62,000 nt of DNA, filler included, from 3 parts of 3 records of this genome joined end to end with filler, not necessarily neighbours in it, one strand, 5' to 3'; positions 8,776-22,967 are shown, counted from the whole stretch's first letter. Numbers and translations: made by a program. The notes: generated from the sequence alone by a model not told the origin.

Positions 8776-9645
8776 ATGGCGGACATTTATGTCGTTCGAG
8801 TTTTCCCCGACTCGCCCAAGGGTGGCAACCCCGCGCCGACCGTGCTGGATGCGGAGGCGCTGGACAGTGAGGCCATGCGCGGCATTGCCGCGCGGTATGG
8901 GCATGAGAGCGGCTTCGTTCTGCCGGCATCTCCGGGCGGCACGGCTGATTTCCGTTTTCGTTTCTTTGTCCCGCGCCACGAGATGGAGATGTGCGGCCAT
9001 GCCACGATTGGCGCCTTGTGGCTGCTGCGGAGACAAGGGCGGATCGGTGCCGGGACATTTTGCATCGAAACACTGAGCGGCACTGTTTCCGGGAGTGTTC
9101 CTGACGACGGCCCGATATCAATCTCGCAACCCGTGGGCGTGGTTGAGGCCCTGACTGAAGCGGACGCCGAAGCCGTCTGCGATGTTCTCGGGATCGGGGC
9201 GGAGGATCTGGCGGAGCCGGTGCTTCTCAACGCCCGGACCAGCCGGATCAAGACGCTGGTCGCCCTGAAGGATCCGGGCCGGTTGCATGGTCTTGCTCCG
9301 GACTTCTCCCGTATGGAGGCCGTTTGCGGCGAGATAGGCTCCACCGGCCTCTATCCTTTTGCGAAAAGCTCCATGCCCGGATGTTTCCATGCCCGGCAGT
9401 TTCCACGAGCATCCGGTTATCCCGAGGATGCGGCGACGGGCATTGCCGCGTCTGCACTCGCCTTCGGACTGCTGCACTGGAACATGGTCCCGCTCGACCG
9501 TGAGATCTGTGTCCTTCAGGGGGAGGCCATGGGACTGGCATCGGCGATTTCCGTCTCATTCGAGCAGGAGAACGGCGCGGTGACAGGATGCTGGATCAGT
9601 GGTGACTGCCGGATAGACGAAACATTCGCCGCCTTGGAGAGCTGA
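8776..9645 (+). CDS. PhzF / diaminopimelate-epimerase-fold isomerase
   Basis: 'GGNPA', 'HESGF', '[11 protein letters not shown]', 'EDAATGIA', 'QGEAMG'. Start ATG 8776 after AAGGA. Confidence 0.9.
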   Translation: MADIYVVRVFPDSPKGGNPAPTVLDAEALDSEAMRGIAARYGHESGFVLPASPGGTADFRFRFFVPRHEMEMCGHATIGALWLLRRQGRIGAGTFCIETLSGTVSGSVPDDGPISISQPVGVVEALTEADAEAVCDVLGIGAEDLAEPVLLNARTSRIKTLVALKDPGRLHGLAPDFSRMEAVCGEIGSTGLYPFAKSSMPGCFHARQFPRASGYPEDAATGIAASALAFGLLHWNMVPLDREICVLQGEAMGLASAISVSFEQENGAVTGCWISGDCRIDETFAALES

Positions 9646-9674
9646 TTTGTCAGCCCGGAATGGAGTGCATAATC

Positions 9675-10814
9675 ATGTTCAGCGCTGAGGAAAAGATCAC
9701 CGGTCTCGATCTCTGGCATCTCGCCTTGCAGGTGGTTTCTCGGCGGGATCACGGCATCGGGGCGGTGGAAGGTGCGATCGAGATCGTCGTGCTCCGGCTG
9801 ACCTCGGAAAGCGGTGCGGTCGGCTATGGCGAGGCATCGCCCTGGTCCGTCTTCACGGGTTCTCCCGAGGCGAGCTATGCCGCGCTCGACCGGTATATCC
9901 GGCCGCACGTGGTCGGTCAGCGCGTTGGCGACATCCCCCGGATCATGGACGTTGCAACCAAGGCCGTGGCCCATTGCACCGAAGCGAAGGCCGCTCTGGA
10001 AAGCGCGCTGCTGGATCTGAACGGACGGATCGCGGGCGTGCCGGTCTGGGCGCTGCTCGGCGGCAAGGCGCGGGATACGATCCCGCTTTCCGTCTCCATT
10101 GCCGATCCGGATTTCGATGCTGATCTGGCGCTGCTGGAGCGGCTCGCCGATGACGGCGTCGGCATCGTGAAGCTGAAGACCGGCTTCAAAACCCACGCAT
10201 TCGACATCATGCGGCTGGAGAAGATCCGCGCCAACTGGCCGGACCTCGATGTTCGGGTCGATTTCAATCAGGGGCTTCCCGTCGAGGGCGCAATCGCCAG
10301 GGTGCAGGACATCGCCAGCTTCGAGCCGACCTTTATCGAGCAGCCGGTCGCTTACCCTCATTTCAACCTGATGGCCGAGATCCGCGCCTCTATCGACGTG
10401 CCGCTGATCGCCGACGAGAGCGTCTTCGGGCCGGAAGACATGGCGCGCGCTGTTGCCGAAGGGATCTGCGACGGGGTTTCCATCAAGATCATGAAAGCCG
10501 GTGGATTGCGCCGGGGGCAGACGGTCGCCCGGATGGCGGCCGCGTCGGGCCTGTCCGCCTATGGCGGGGATATGTTCGAGAGCGGCCTCGCCCATCTTGC
10601 GGGTGCGCACATGATCGCGGCGACGCCGGAAATCAGGCTCGGCTGCGAGTTCTACCAAGCGCAATATTACCTGAAGGACGACATTCTCGCCGAAAGCTTC
10701 CCGAGCGGGGGCGGCGTTGTCACAATTCCGGACACTCCCGGTCTCGGAATACTTCCGGATAGCGAAAAGCTGGCGCACTATGCGCTCCGATCGACCGTGG
10801 GGGCGGGCAAGTGA
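9675..10814 (+). CDS. Enolase superfamily, muconate-lactonizing-enzyme-like protein
   Basis: KxK motif (VKLKTG), metal ligands in VDFNQ / IEQP / ADES, Lys in SIKIMK, Glu in GCEFY, and 'PGLG'. Start ATG 9675 after GGAG. Confidence 0.85.
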   Translation: MFSAEEKITGLDLWHLALQVVSRRDHGIGAVEGAIEIVVLRLTSESGAVGYGEASPWSVFTGSPEASYAALDRYIRPHVVGQRVGDIPRIMDVATKAVAHCTEAKAALESALLDLNGRIAGVPVWALLGGKARDTIPLSVSIADPDFDADLALLERLADDGVGIVKLKTGFKTHAFDIMRLEKIRANWPDLDVRVDFNQGLPVEGAIARVQDIASFEPTFIEQPVAYPHFNLMAEIRASIDVPLIADESVFGPEDMARAVAEGICDGVSIKIMKAGGLRRGQTVARMAAASGLSAYGGDMFESGLAHLAGAHMIAATPEIRLGCEFYQAQYYLKDDILAESFPSGGGVVTIPDTPGLGILPDSEKLAHYALRSTVGAGK

Positions 10815-12064
10815 GTGATACGAAGAAGCATGTGATTGTCGTCGGGGCCGGGATCGTCGGTGTGTCCACCGCGATCTGGCTGCAGCGCGACGGGCATCAG
10901 GTGACACTGGTGGACCGGGAAGGACCGGCCGCCGGAACGAGCTACGGCAATGCCGGTCTGCTCGCGTCCGGCTCCATCGTTCCGGTCACCGGGCCGGGGC
11001 TGATCGGCAAGGCGCCGAAGATGCTGTTCAATCCGGATCAGCCACTGTTCCTGCGCTGGTCCTATCTGCCGAAACTGCTGCCCTGGCTGTTCAAATATCT
11101 GGGCCATGCGAATGCCGAGGATTCCAAACGGATCGCCAGTGCCTTGCACGACATCATCGGCGACAGCGTGGCCGACCATCAGGCGCTGGCCGCCGGAACC
11201 GGCGCGGAGCAGTGGATCAAGCCACAGGAATACATGGTCGCCTACAATGACCGGGCGCATTACGAGGGCGACGCCTTTGCCTGGTCGATCCGGCGCGCGC
11301 ACGGCGTCCAGTTCGAGGAACTGGAAGGCGCCGCGCTGCTTGAGCAGGAAGCGACCCTGAGCGACGAGATCAAGTTCGGCGTACGGGTGCTGAACCACGG
11401 CCGGATTTCCGATCCCGGCGCCTATGTGAAAGCACTCGCGGCCCATGTCGTGGCCGAGGGCGGAAAATTGGTGCAGGCCGAGGTGACCGACATTGTGCGC
11501 GAGAATGGCGTTGCGACCGGTGTGCGCGCTGGTGGCGAGACGATTTCCGGCGATGCGGTGGTGGTCGCCATGGGCGCCTGGTCCGGCAAGCTCTCGAAAA
11601 TGCTCGGGATGGATATCCCGCTTGAATCCGAGCGCGGTTATCATCTGGAGTTCTGGGAGCCGTCGAGGATGCCGAAGACGCCGATCATGGTCGCGTCCGG
11701 CAAGTTCGTGCTGACTCCGATGGAAGGCCGTCTCCGGGCTGCCGGTGTGGTGGAGTTCGGCGGGCTCGAGGCCGGACCGTCCAGGGCGCCGCTGGAACTG
11801 CTGCGCCGCGCGGTGCGCAAGGCGATGCCGGATCTGACCTTCAAGGAAGAAACAGAATGGATGGGGCACCGTCCGGCAACGACGGATTCGATCCCGGTTA
11901 TCGGGGAAGTTCCTGGCACGAAAGGGGCTTTTCTCGGCTATGGGCACCAGCATGTCGGCCTTACGGGCGGGCCGAAAACCGGGCGGATCCTTGCTCAACT
12001 CATCGGCGGGAAAAAGCCGAATATCGATTTAACGCGTTACTCTCCCTCACGCTTTGGCGGGTGA
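10811..12064 (+). CDS. FAD-dependent oxidoreductase, D-amino acid dehydrogenase (DadA/DAO) family
   Basis: GAGIVG dinucleotide motif, 'TSYGNAG', 'ERGYH', 'WMGHRP', '[11 protein letters not shown]'. GTGA overlap with the upstream stop. Confidence 0.9.
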   Translation: MSDTKKHVIVVGAGIVGVSTAIWLQRDGHQVTLVDREGPAAGTSYGNAGLLASGSIVPVTGPGLIGKAPKMLFNPDQPLFLRWSYLPKLLPWLFKYLGHANAEDSKRIASALHDIIGDSVADHQALAAGTGAEQWIKPQEYMVAYNDRAHYEGDAFAWSIRRAHGVQFEELEGAALLEQEATLSDEIKFGVRVLNHGRISDPGAYVKALAAHVVAEGGKLVQAEVTDIVRENGVATGVRAGGETISGDAVVVAMGAWSGKLSKMLGMDIPLESERGYHLEFWEPSRMPKTPIMVASGKFVLTPMEGRLRAAGVVEFGGLEAGPSRAPLELLRRAVRKAMPDLTFKEETEWMGHRPATTDSIPVIGEVPGTKGAFLGYGHQHVGLTGGPKTGRILAQLIGGKKPNIDLTRYSPSRFGG

Positions 12065-12110
12065 GGGAGAGTATGACTGGCCGAACAGGGTCATAACTGG
12101 GAGACTTCAG

Positions 12111-12347
12111 ATGAAACAACTAACAACAGCAATTGCCGCCGCGGCGTTCGCGGTTGCCGGTTCCGCCGGTGCCATGGCCGAGAAGTGGGATATGCCGATG
12201 GCGTATTCCGGCTCCAACTTCCACTCCGCCACGGGCGCCGAATTTGCCAAATGCGTGACCACCGGAACCGGCGGCGATATCGAGATCGTGACGCACCCGT
12301 CCGGCTCCCTCTTCAAGGGCAACGACATCAAGCGCGCGGTGCAGACC
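12111..12347 (+). CDS. dctP: TRAP transporter substrate-binding protein (DctP family), truncated at contig end
   Basis: Signal peptide followed by 'WDMPMAY..SNFHS', 'TGGDIEIVTHPSGSLFKG..IKRAVQT'. GGAG RBS. Confidence 0.8.
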
Positions 12348-12447
12348 NNNNNNNNNNNNNNNNNNNNNNNNNNNNNNNNNNNNNNNNNNNNTTAATTAAT
12401 TAANNNNNNNNNNNNNNNNNNNNNNNNNNNNNNNNNNNNNNNNNNNN
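12348..12447. other. Artificial contig spacer (44 N + TTAATTAATTAA + 44 N)
   Basis: Six-frame stop linker inside an N run; base composition changes abruptly across it. Confidence 0.98.
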
Positions 12448-12570
12448 ACATTTAGAGTTTAGATACTTTTTAGACCTCTTTATTATGTTTTATACTTTGT
12501 AAGGAGCGCAACCTTTTTCTTATCACTATCTTTGTTGTCTTTATATAGTATACATTAAAATTTAGCTATA

Positions 12571-12816
12571 ATGAGTGATAAAGCTCCTTCAAAACAAGAG
12601 CAACCGAACAATCCATTACATGGAGTTAAGTTGGTAGATATTCTGGAAGAATTAGTAGCTACCTATGGCTGGAAGGAAATGTCTGAGCGCGTAAATATTA
12701 ATTGCTTTAAAAGTGATCCTTCCATAAAATCAAGTCTTAAATTTTTACGAAGAACGCCATGGGCCAGAGAAAAAGTAGAACAAATGTATTTGTATATGAA
12801 TGGAAGGAAAAAGTAG
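12571..12816 (+). CDS. VF530 / DUF2132 family small DNA-binding protein
   Basis: '[15 protein letters not shown]' and '[24 protein letters not shown]'. Bacteroidetes -7 box TATCTTTG at 12527-12534. Confidence 0.9.
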   Translation: MSDKAPSKQEQPNNPLHGVKLVDILEELVATYGWKEMSERVNINCFKSDPSIKSSLKFLRRTPWAREKVEQMYLYMNGRKK

Positions 12817-13017
12817 GTTACTCGAGAATCGAGATTTGAAGGCTCCTTACTTAAATATTTTTAGTTTTTCCTTTTAGTACCCCGTAAGCATGCTCCGAGG
12901 GAGTTTGCTTTTTATTAATTATTAAGAAGTAAAAGTCAATTTCTATGTAAACTTTAGCTTAATTTACCCTGAAATTAAGGTTTTATTCAGAGTTTATTCT
13001 CTCCATCTGATTTAAAT

Positions 13018-13054
13018 AAAAAGCCAAGGATTCTATATAAAGTCCTCGGCTTTT
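13018..13054. terminator. Intrinsic terminator closing the PUL (possibly bidirectional)
   Basis: AAAAGCCaAGGA...TCCTcGGCTTTT stem with A/T tracts, between convergent genes. Confidence 0.6.
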
Positions 13055-13103
13055 AGCAACGGCAAAAATATGATGGATTATTTTATTACATGCGGTTTCT
13101 CAT

Positions 13104-16493
<3,390 letters not shown>

Positions 16494-16534
16494 TTATAAT
16501 TTGTTTTAGTATTATATTTTTCCTTAAAAAAAAA

Positions 16535-17974
16535 TCATTCAAAAGAAAAAATAGGATTTGGGGTATGTGCTATTTTCATGATGGAGTCCATTTGTTTTAC
16601 AATCTCTGGATGTTGATCGGCAATATTTTTAGACTCCGAAGGATCTTTAGCTAAATTATATAATTCAATAGGTGCCTCTCTGTTTTTATTTACTTCCAAA
16701 CGTATAGCTTTCCATTGATTTTTACGCACTGCTTGCTTTCCTCCGCCTTCAAAAAACTCCCAATAGAGATATTTATGGGTTTTTTGTGTTCCTTTACCAA
16801 ATAACTCATTCACAAATGAAATTCCATTACTTTTTGCAGATGGAGCTTTCACTCCAGATAACTCTGTAAGTGTTGGCATAATATCCCAAAAAGCTGCTAT
16901 ATGGTTACTGGTCTGTCCTGCTTTAATTTTTCCTGGCCAACTAGCTATAAAAGGTTCGCGGATACCGCCTTCATAGAGGTCTCTTTTTACACCTTTATAT
17001 ATACTACTGCTTTTAAAAAATTCCACATCTTCTATAGTTCTGCCCCCTTCTATATGAGTGCCGTTATCACTGGTGAAAACCACTAAAGTATTCTCATCAA
17101 AACCTTTGCTTTTTATTACTTCCATTACACGACCTATATATGCATCCATACTGGTTACTAAAGCAGCATAGGCAGCTTTAGGGTATTTTTGCTTTCCGTA
17201 ATGTCTTCCAGATGGCCATGCCTTCTCTGGCATAAATATACTTTGCCCTTGATCGTTTTTGTATAATTTTAAATACTTATTGGGTACAACCAATTCTGCA
17301 TGAGGAACCGTAAAAGAGAGGTATAGGAAAAAGGGATTTTCTTTTGTTTGATTTTCAATAAAACCTACAGCTTTATCAGTAAAAATTTCATTTGCGTAAC
17401 TATTTGGTGGGGTAGCAATCTGTGCTATCTCTCCTTTTTTAATAGTCCATAATGAATCAGGTTGTTGAAAATGAGCATCTACATGATGTAAATGTCCTGT
17501 GAAATAATCCCAGCCTTTTTTCTCCGGAGACCCTTCTGTTGTTTCTGTACCTAATCCCCATTTCCCAAACATAGCTGTAGTATAGCCTCTTTTTTTGAGT
17601 ATTTGAGAAATTATAGTGTCTTTAGTTCTTAGTGGGAACTCTCCATTTCCGCGTATGTGTGTTGTTCCTGTATGTTGCCCCGTCATTAAACTAGCTCGGG
17701 AAGGAGCGCAAACAGTGCTTCCAGCATAGAAGTTAGTAAATTTCATTCCTGAAGATGCTAACTTATCTATGTTTGGGGTTTGAATATATTGCTGTCCATA
17801 ACATCCCAAATCTCCAATTCCCATATCATCAGCAATAATAAAAACAATATTTGGTTTTTGAGAATGATTAGATATTGTTACTGTTTCATTTTTCTTATTG
17901 TCTTTTCCTTTACATGAAGCAGAAAATAATAATCCTGTAAAAACCAATATTAGAAAGTAATATCGTAATTCCAT
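16535..17974 (-). CDS. Formylglycine-dependent (S1) sulfatase, lipoprotein; resembles S1_20 galactose-3-sulfate sulfatases
   Basis: Lipobox FSASC; 'ADDMG'; CxPxR motif 'CAPSRASLMTG'; 'GKWGLG', 'PHAELVVP', 'SDNG', 'KRDLYEGGIR'. Confidence 0.9.
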   Translation of the reverse strand: MELRYYFLILVFTGLLFSASCKGKDNKKNETVTISNHSQKPNIVFIIADDMGIGDLGCYGQQYIQTPNIDKLASSGMKFTNFYAGSTVCAPSRASLMTGQHTGTTHIRGNGEFPLRTKDTIISQILKKRGYTTAMFGKWGLGTETTEGSPEKKGWDYFTGHLHHVDAHFQQPDSLWTIKKGEIAQIATPPNSYANEIFTDKAVGFIENQTKENPFFLYLSFTVPHAELVVPNKYLKLYKNDQGQSIFMPEKAWPSGRHYGKQKYPKAAYAALVTSMDAYIGRVMEVIKSKGFDENTLVVFTSDNGTHIEGGRTIEDVEFFKSSSIYKGVKRDLYEGGIREPFIASWPGKIKAGQTSNHIAAFWDIMPTLTELSGVKAPSAKSNGISFVNELFGKGTQKTHKYLYWEFFEGGGKQAVRKNQWKAIRLEVNKNREAPIELYNLAKDPSESKNIADQHPEIVKQMDSIMKIAHTPNPIFSFE

Positions 17975-18070
17975 TATTTGTATTTGATTCTTATACTGTT
18001 TAAAAACTTTATTTAACCCATATTAAATGAGGTTTAATGTCTGAAAAAATCTTAAGCTACTATGTAATAA

Positions 18071-18123
18071 AACTTTAAGCTTGATAAGTCTACTTTATAA
18101 AGTTACTTACCAAACTTAAAGTT
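18071..18123 (-). terminator. Long RNA hairpin (terminator or stabiliser) between susD and the sulfatase
   Basis: 19-bp stem. Both DNA mismatches become G-U pairs only on the minus (coding) strand. Inner ACTTTATAAAGT palindrome. Confidence 0.6.
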
Positions 18124-18146
18124 AATGTATCAAAAAATTCTATTAT

Positions 18147-19814
18147 TTAGTACCCCTTGGTTTCTTGAGCTTCTTTTAGGTTTGGATTTCTATCTATAGC
18201 TGTTTGAGGGTATGGAAATCTTATAAATCTAGGCTCCCATCTTCTTTCCTGAGCCAAACTGTTGTCAATACTATATATAGAGTTCATTACCTCACTACTT
18301 ATTCCCCATCTACGGATATCATCCCATCTAAATCCTTCTCCTGCTAATTCAATACGTCTTTCATTTCTTATAAGCGCTCTCAAAGCAGGTTTTGAATTTA
18401 CCACATTCCTGTCAATTACTGGCATTCCTGCTCTTTTTCTTATTAAATCAATTGCATCATAAATGGTTGCGTCAGGTCCAGAGGCTTCGTTTTTAGCTTC
18501 TGCATATGTTAGCAGAATCTCCGCATAACGAATAACGGGAAAGTTTTGTGGTCCTTTCCATTGCCCACTTTGAGCACTTTCACTAGGATCGGTCATTTTA
18601 CGGTAGTTGTATCCTGTTTTAGAAATATTGCTTCCTCCTTTATTCCAAGAAAATATCAATTCTGGAGCTAAAGAATTCCATGGCGCTCCTGGAAATAATA
18701 TAGATGCATACAAGCGTGTGTCTCTGTTTCTAAATTCATCTAAATATGCTTCGTCATAAGCTCCAGCATTATATCGAGCTGCTCTTTCACCAGGAGAAGG
18801 TGCTGTAAATTCATTTCCCTGCTGTGTCCAATATGCATTCACCATGGATTGAGTAGGAGTAATAGAGCTCCATCCTCCACCAGCATTGTCGGCAAGGTAT
18901 AAGGTATTAATTCCACTGGAATATTCATACGCACTCTCAGGGATATACTCAACTTCCATAATTACTTCTGAATTACTTTCGTTTTGCTCCCAAAAAAGTT
19001 GCTCATAACTTCTTAAGCCTTTATAAAACTTTTCTTTTTCTTGATCAGAAGCAAAATCAACTAAGAAGGAATAATCATCAATCATATCTTCCTCAGTTAT
19101 TGAGGCGAGTTCAAAAAGTTGATACCCAAGTCCCATTATCTCATGAGCGCTTGATGCAGCTTCACTCCATTCTTTATTAAATAAATGTATGCGAGCTTTA
19201 AGTGCTAAAGCAGCACCTTTTGATACTCTACTCTTATATACATTTTCTACAGGAAGGTTTGCAATAGCATCATTTAATTCACTTTTTGCAAACTCCATTA
19301 CTTCGACTTCAGACGTAGGGGCAATAGCTACTTCTTCTCCTTCTAATGAAAAGTTCTTTATTAAAGGAACTGCACCAAATTTCTTAGCCAAATTATAATA
19401 TGCCCATGCCCTTAAAACTCTTACTTCACTTTTGTATTGTGTCTTAATGGTTTCGGTTACAGGTGCTTTGTCTACATTATCCAAAAAGTAATTAAACCTT
19501 CGAATTCCGCTGTAACTATAACCATCGTTCATATCTGCATTAATAGTTCCAGCACTTATAATTGTGGCATTACTTTCCCATGGGTATTGGCAATAAGAAT
19601 TATCTGTATAGCCATCTACATATGCTTCATAAACGCTTGCTTCCACATATTGATAGCATCCATTTAAAGCCAACTCTACATCTGATTCCGATTTCCAAAA
19701 GGTCTCACTAGAGATCTGATCTTGAGGTACTCGGTCTAAAAAATCATCACTGCAACTCCCAAGGATTGTAACCATCAAAATTGGCAGTATTTTATATTTT
19801 TTTATTAGTTTCAT
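18147..19814 (-). CDS. susD: RagB/SusD family outer-membrane lipoprotein
   Basis: Lipobox LGSC; 'EVRVLRAWAYYNL...FGAVP', 'RDTRLYASI', 'IRYAEILLTYAEA', 'ERRIELAGEGFRWDDIRRW'. Confidence 0.95.
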   Translation of the reverse strand: MKLIKKYKILPILMVTILGSCSDDFLDRVPQDQISSETFWKSESDVELALNGCYQYVEASVYEAYVDGYTDNSYCQYPWESNATIISAGTINADMNDGYSYSGIRRFNYFLDNVDKAPVTETIKTQYKSEVRVLRAWAYYNLAKKFGAVPLIKNFSLEGEEVAIAPTSEVEVMEFAKSELNDAIANLPVENVYKSRVSKGAALALKARIHLFNKEWSEAASSAHEIMGLGYQLFELASITEEDMIDDYSFLVDFASDQEKEKFYKGLRSYEQLFWEQNESNSEVIMEVEYIPESAYEYSSGINTLYLADNAGGGWSSITPTQSMVNAYWTQQGNEFTAPSPGERAARYNAGAYDEAYLDEFRNRDTRLYASILFPGAPWNSLAPELIFSWNKGGSNISKTGYNYRKMTDPSESAQSGQWKGPQNFPVIRYAEILLTYAEAKNEASGPDATIYDAIDLIRKRAGMPVIDRNVVNSKPALRALIRNERRIELAGEGFRWDDIRRWGISSEVMNSIYSIDNSLAQERRWEPRFIRFPYPQTAIDRNPNLKEAQETKGY

Positions 19815-19831
19815 CTCTTAAATATTTTCAA

Positions 19832-22800
19832 TTAAAAATTAACGTTTAGTCCAAACGAGTATACTTTTATAACGGGATAACTCCCTCTTGAGGAAGAAAA
19901 CTCCGGATCAAAATCGTCCAATCTGTCATCGCTTCTAGTAGTAAAGAGATTTGTTCCAGATATATAAAAGCGTATTTTATCTACGCCAAATTTTTGAGTA
20001 GCTTCTGTTGGGATTGTATATCCTAGCACCAGATTTTTAATTCTGAAATAAGAAGCATTGTACAGCCAAAAAGAAGATAATCTTTGGTTGTGCTGGTTTT
20101 CTCCGCTAGGCAATAATCTAGGGTAGGCAGCATTTGGATTTGGATTGTCCACTGTCCATCTTTTTAAATGATATTCTTTTGCGCCAGCTCCATTAAAGAA
20201 AGCTTGAGAAGCTTCGCTATCTAAATAAACCATCACATCTGCAACTCCCTGTCCTTGTACTGTTAAATCAAAACCTTTGTAAGAAGCATTGAAATTCATT
20301 CCATAAGTGAAATATGGAACATCATTTCCAACAATAGTTCTGTCCTCTCCGTCTATTACTCCATCTTCATTAATATCTTTATATCTAATGTCTCCAGGGC
20401 TAGTAGCTGCGTCTTGAGTAGCATGTGCGTTTATCTCGGCCTGATTTACAAATAAACCATCTGCTTCATACATATAAAAAGAACCGATAGCTTCGCCTAC
20501 TCTGTTGATCCAATAGCTATTTATCTGATTGTCCATTCCATTAAGATCTGTTACTTCATTCCAGATTTTAGAGAAGTTTCCTGTTAAGCTATATTTAAAG
20601 TCTTTGATTTCACCACGGTAAGTCAGCATAAATTCTAGCCCTTTATTAGATACTTCTCCTGCATTTGCCGAAATAATATTCCCGTCATCTCCTTCCTCGA
20701 GGCCTAACTCTAAAGGTTGAGGTACTTCTAACAAAATGTCTTCTGTTACTTTGTTAAACACGTCCACTTGAACACTCAATGCATTACGAAAGAATCCAGC
20801 ATCCAAACCTATGTTGCTCATTATCACGGTTTCCCAGCCTAAATTTGGATTAGCCTGCTTATAAGGCCATACTCCATCTACTCTGGTATTTCCCATAATA
20901 GTAGCCGTACCTGTTCCTAAAGCATCATAATAATCATAATAACCAACGTTATTTACATTTCCTAGTTCTCCCCAAGAAGCTCTCAACTTTAAATTGTTTA
21001 ACCAAGTTAAATTTTCCATAAAAGATTCTTGTGAAATCCTCCAAGCGGCTGAAAAAGAAGGGAAAACTCCTGATCTGTTATCTGAGCTAAATCTTGAAGA
21101 TTGATCATGCCGAATATTAGCTTCAAACAAATATTTATCGTTATAGCTATAATTAATTCTTCCAAATTCCGACATAAAAGCTTCTTCTTCAACCAAACCA
21201 GCATTACCTAAATTTTCTGCTGCATTAGAGCCTCCGTTAATGGCTCCCAACTCATTTGAAGGGAATTCTTTTCTTGATGCTTCTAAGTACTTATATGTTG
21301 AAGCTTCATATTGAAACCCTGCCATTGCTTTTAAATAGTGCTTTCCAAAATCTCTTTCATAGGTTGCAAAGCCCTGTAGCATAAGGGTGTTGTTTTTATT
21401 CCAACGTACCGTCATATTATTTGGGGTTACAGCTGTAGAATTTATAGGTTCTTTGGTGACAAAGTTAACAACAGGTGCTACTTCATTGTTAAAAGTGTTT
21501 TCTTCATGGGTGAACGATTTATAAGACCCAATTCCTCTTAAATTGAAATGATCTGTTAAGTTTAATGTAGCATTAACAGAGCCAATAAATGTTTCTCTTT
21601 GTCTGTTTTGTCTTCCATATTCTGCAATCTTACGCAACGGATTATTCTCTGCCAATACACTACTTACTTTTCCTCCAGTAACACTCCCCCAACTACCATC
21701 AGAATGGTTTTCCACAGTTAGAGGTGTCATTCTGTTTAAATCGGTAATAGAAAAATTACCTGCTCTTTCAATGTCTTCTCTTATATAAGAAATGTTAGTT
21801 CCCAATGTGAAAATATCTCCAAAGTCTCTTTCTGTATTAGCTCGAAAACTATAACGTTCCAATTCTGTATCTGGTACCAATGAGCTTTGATCAAAAAATG
21901 TTCCACTCACAAAGTAACGTGTATCACCGCCTCCTGAAACACTAAAGTTGTGTTCGGTCATTGGAGCTGATGAACGGTAAACCAAATCATACCAATCATT
22001 ATCAGGATATAAATCTGGCTGACTCCCATTTTTTATAATAGCTAGTTCTTCTTCTGAATAAATAGCAGTTTTTCCTGCATTTATATTGGCTTCATTTAAC
22101 AAGTTAGCATAATCTTCAGATCCAAGTATTTTAGGTAAAACTGTAGGAGTCTGCACTCCGTAATAAGTGTTGTAGCTAAATCTAGCCTTGCCATCAGCAC
22201 CTTTTTTGGTGGTTACCAAAAGCACCCCAAATGCTGCTCTTGAACCGTAAATTGAAGCCGCTGCTGCATCCTTAAGTACGCTAATGCTTTCAACATCTGA
22301 AGGATTTATACGTTGAAAGTCGGATGCACTAACAGGAATACCATCCACTACGTATAATGGAGAAGAGGCTCCTAAGTTTCCTCTACCTCGGATATTAATT
22401 GAGCCAAGATCACTCCCTACATTTCCTGGTCTTGAGATAACTGTTAATCCGGGGCTAACTCCTTGCAATGCATTGGTAAGTGAAGTAGTACTCTTCCCTT
22501 CAATTTCATTAGTTTTAATCTGACTTACAGCGCCTGTTAAATTTTCTTTTTTCTGAGTTCCGTAACCTACCACTACAACCTCATCCAATTCTGAGGCTGA
22601 AATTTTAAGTTTTACATTAATAACATCTTGTGTGTTGATTAATATTTTCTCTTCCTTATAACCGATGTATGTAATTAGGAGTGATTCTCCTGGGTCTACA
22701 TCAATGTTAAATTTTCCGTCAAAATCTGTTACAACTCCTTTAGTTGTTCCATGCACCGATACATTTGCTCCGGGGATCGGTACTCCGGTTTCAAAATCAG

Positions 22801-22882
22801 TTACTGTTCCATTTAGTTGCTTTTCCTGACCATAAGAAAACCAAGTAAAAAAAGTAACTAATACAATTAGAATGTTCTTCAT
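19832..22882 (-). CDS. susC: SusC/RagA TonB-dependent outer-membrane transporter
   Basis: CarboxypepD_reg-like N-terminus; 'LDEVVVVGYGTQKK', 'ISVLKDAAAASIYGSRAAFGVLLVTTK', 'LKLRASWG', 'NPNLGWE'; C-terminal Phe. Confidence 0.96.
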   Translation of the reverse strand: MKNILIVLVTFFTWFSYGQEKQLNGTVTDFETGVPIPGANVSVHGTTKGVVTDFDGKFNIDVDPGESLLITYIGYKEEKILINTQDVINVKLKISASELDEVVVVGYGTQKKENLTGAVSQIKTNEIEGKSTTSLTNALQGVSPGLTVISRPGNVGSDLGSINIRGRGNLGASSPLYVVDGIPVSASDFQRINPSDVESISVLKDAAAASIYGSRAAFGVLLVTTKKGADGKARFSYNTYYGVQTPTVLPKILGSEDYANLLNEANINAGKTAIYSEEELAIIKNGSQPDLYPDNDWYDLVYRSSAPMTEHNFSVSGGGDTRYFVSGTFFDQSSLVPDTELERYSFRANTERDFGDIFTLGTNISYIREDIERAGNFSITDLNRMTPLTVENHSDGSWGSVTGGKVSSVLAENNPLRKIAEYGRQNRQRETFIGSVNATLNLTDHFNLRGIGSYKSFTHEENTFNNEVAPVVNFVTKEPINSTAVTPNNMTVRWNKNNTLMLQGFATYERDFGKHYLKAMAGFQYEASTYKYLEASRKEFPSNELGAINGGSNAAENLGNAGLVEEEAFMSEFGRINYSYNDKYLFEANIRHDQSSRFSSDNRSGVFPSFSAAWRISQESFMENLTWLNNLKLRASWGELGNVNNVGYYDYYDALGTGTATIMGNTRVDGVWPYKQANPNLGWETVIMSNIGLDAGFFRNALSVQVDVFNKVTEDILLEVPQPLELGLEEGDDGNIISANAGEVSNKGLEFMLTYRGEIKDFKYSLTGNFSKIWNEVTDLNGMDNQINSYWINRVGEAIGSFYMYEADGLFVNQAEINAHATQDAATSPGDIRYKDINEDGVIDGEDRTIVGNDVPYFTYGMNFNASYKGFDLTVQGQGVADVMVYLDSEASQAFFNGAGAKEYHLKRWTVDNPNPNAAYPRLLPSGENQHNQRLSSFWLYNASYFRIKNLVLGYTIPTEATQKFGVDKIRFYISGTNLFTTRSDDRLDDFDPEFSSSRGSYPVIKVYSFGLNVNF

Positions 22883-22944
22883 AATTACAAATTAGTTTTG
22901 ATGATTTTAGTTAGATTTTGTATAAAAATCTTTGTTGTTATTTG

Positions 22945-22967
22945 ATAAAAGTATAAAATACTTTCAT
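22945..22967. promoter_or_regulatory. Candidate operator upstream of susC
   Basis: Imperfect 10-3-10 palindrome ATAAAAGTAT-AAA-ATACTTTCAT about 60 nt upstream of the susC start. The context is AT-rich, which weakens it. Confidence 0.3.

Noticed and set aside
9675..10814. Calling the enolase-family gene catB or hpbD
   Set aside because: No catA/catC context, and the motifs do not match my recollection of HpbD, so no symbol was assigned.
9516..11998. Long antisense ORFs (463 aa and 406 aa) and similar overlapping ORFs throughout 1-12347
   Set aside because: Shadow ORFs expected opposite real genes in high-GC DNA; no recognisable motifs.
12054..12403. Track ORFs running into X residues
   Set aside because: These are translations through the N spacer. 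Only the DctP N-terminus (12111-12347) is real.
12348..12447. Sharp GC shift suggesting a horizontally transferred island, plus a TTAATTAATTAA palindrome
   Set aside because: It is an artificial spacer between unrelated contigs. The same applies to 29944-30043. No cross-boundary gene linkage is meaningful.
12877..12907. Short GC-rich imperfect palindrome (TACCCCGTAAGCATGCTCCGAGGGAG), possibly a decayed repeat
   Set aside because: Single degenerate copy with poor pairing.
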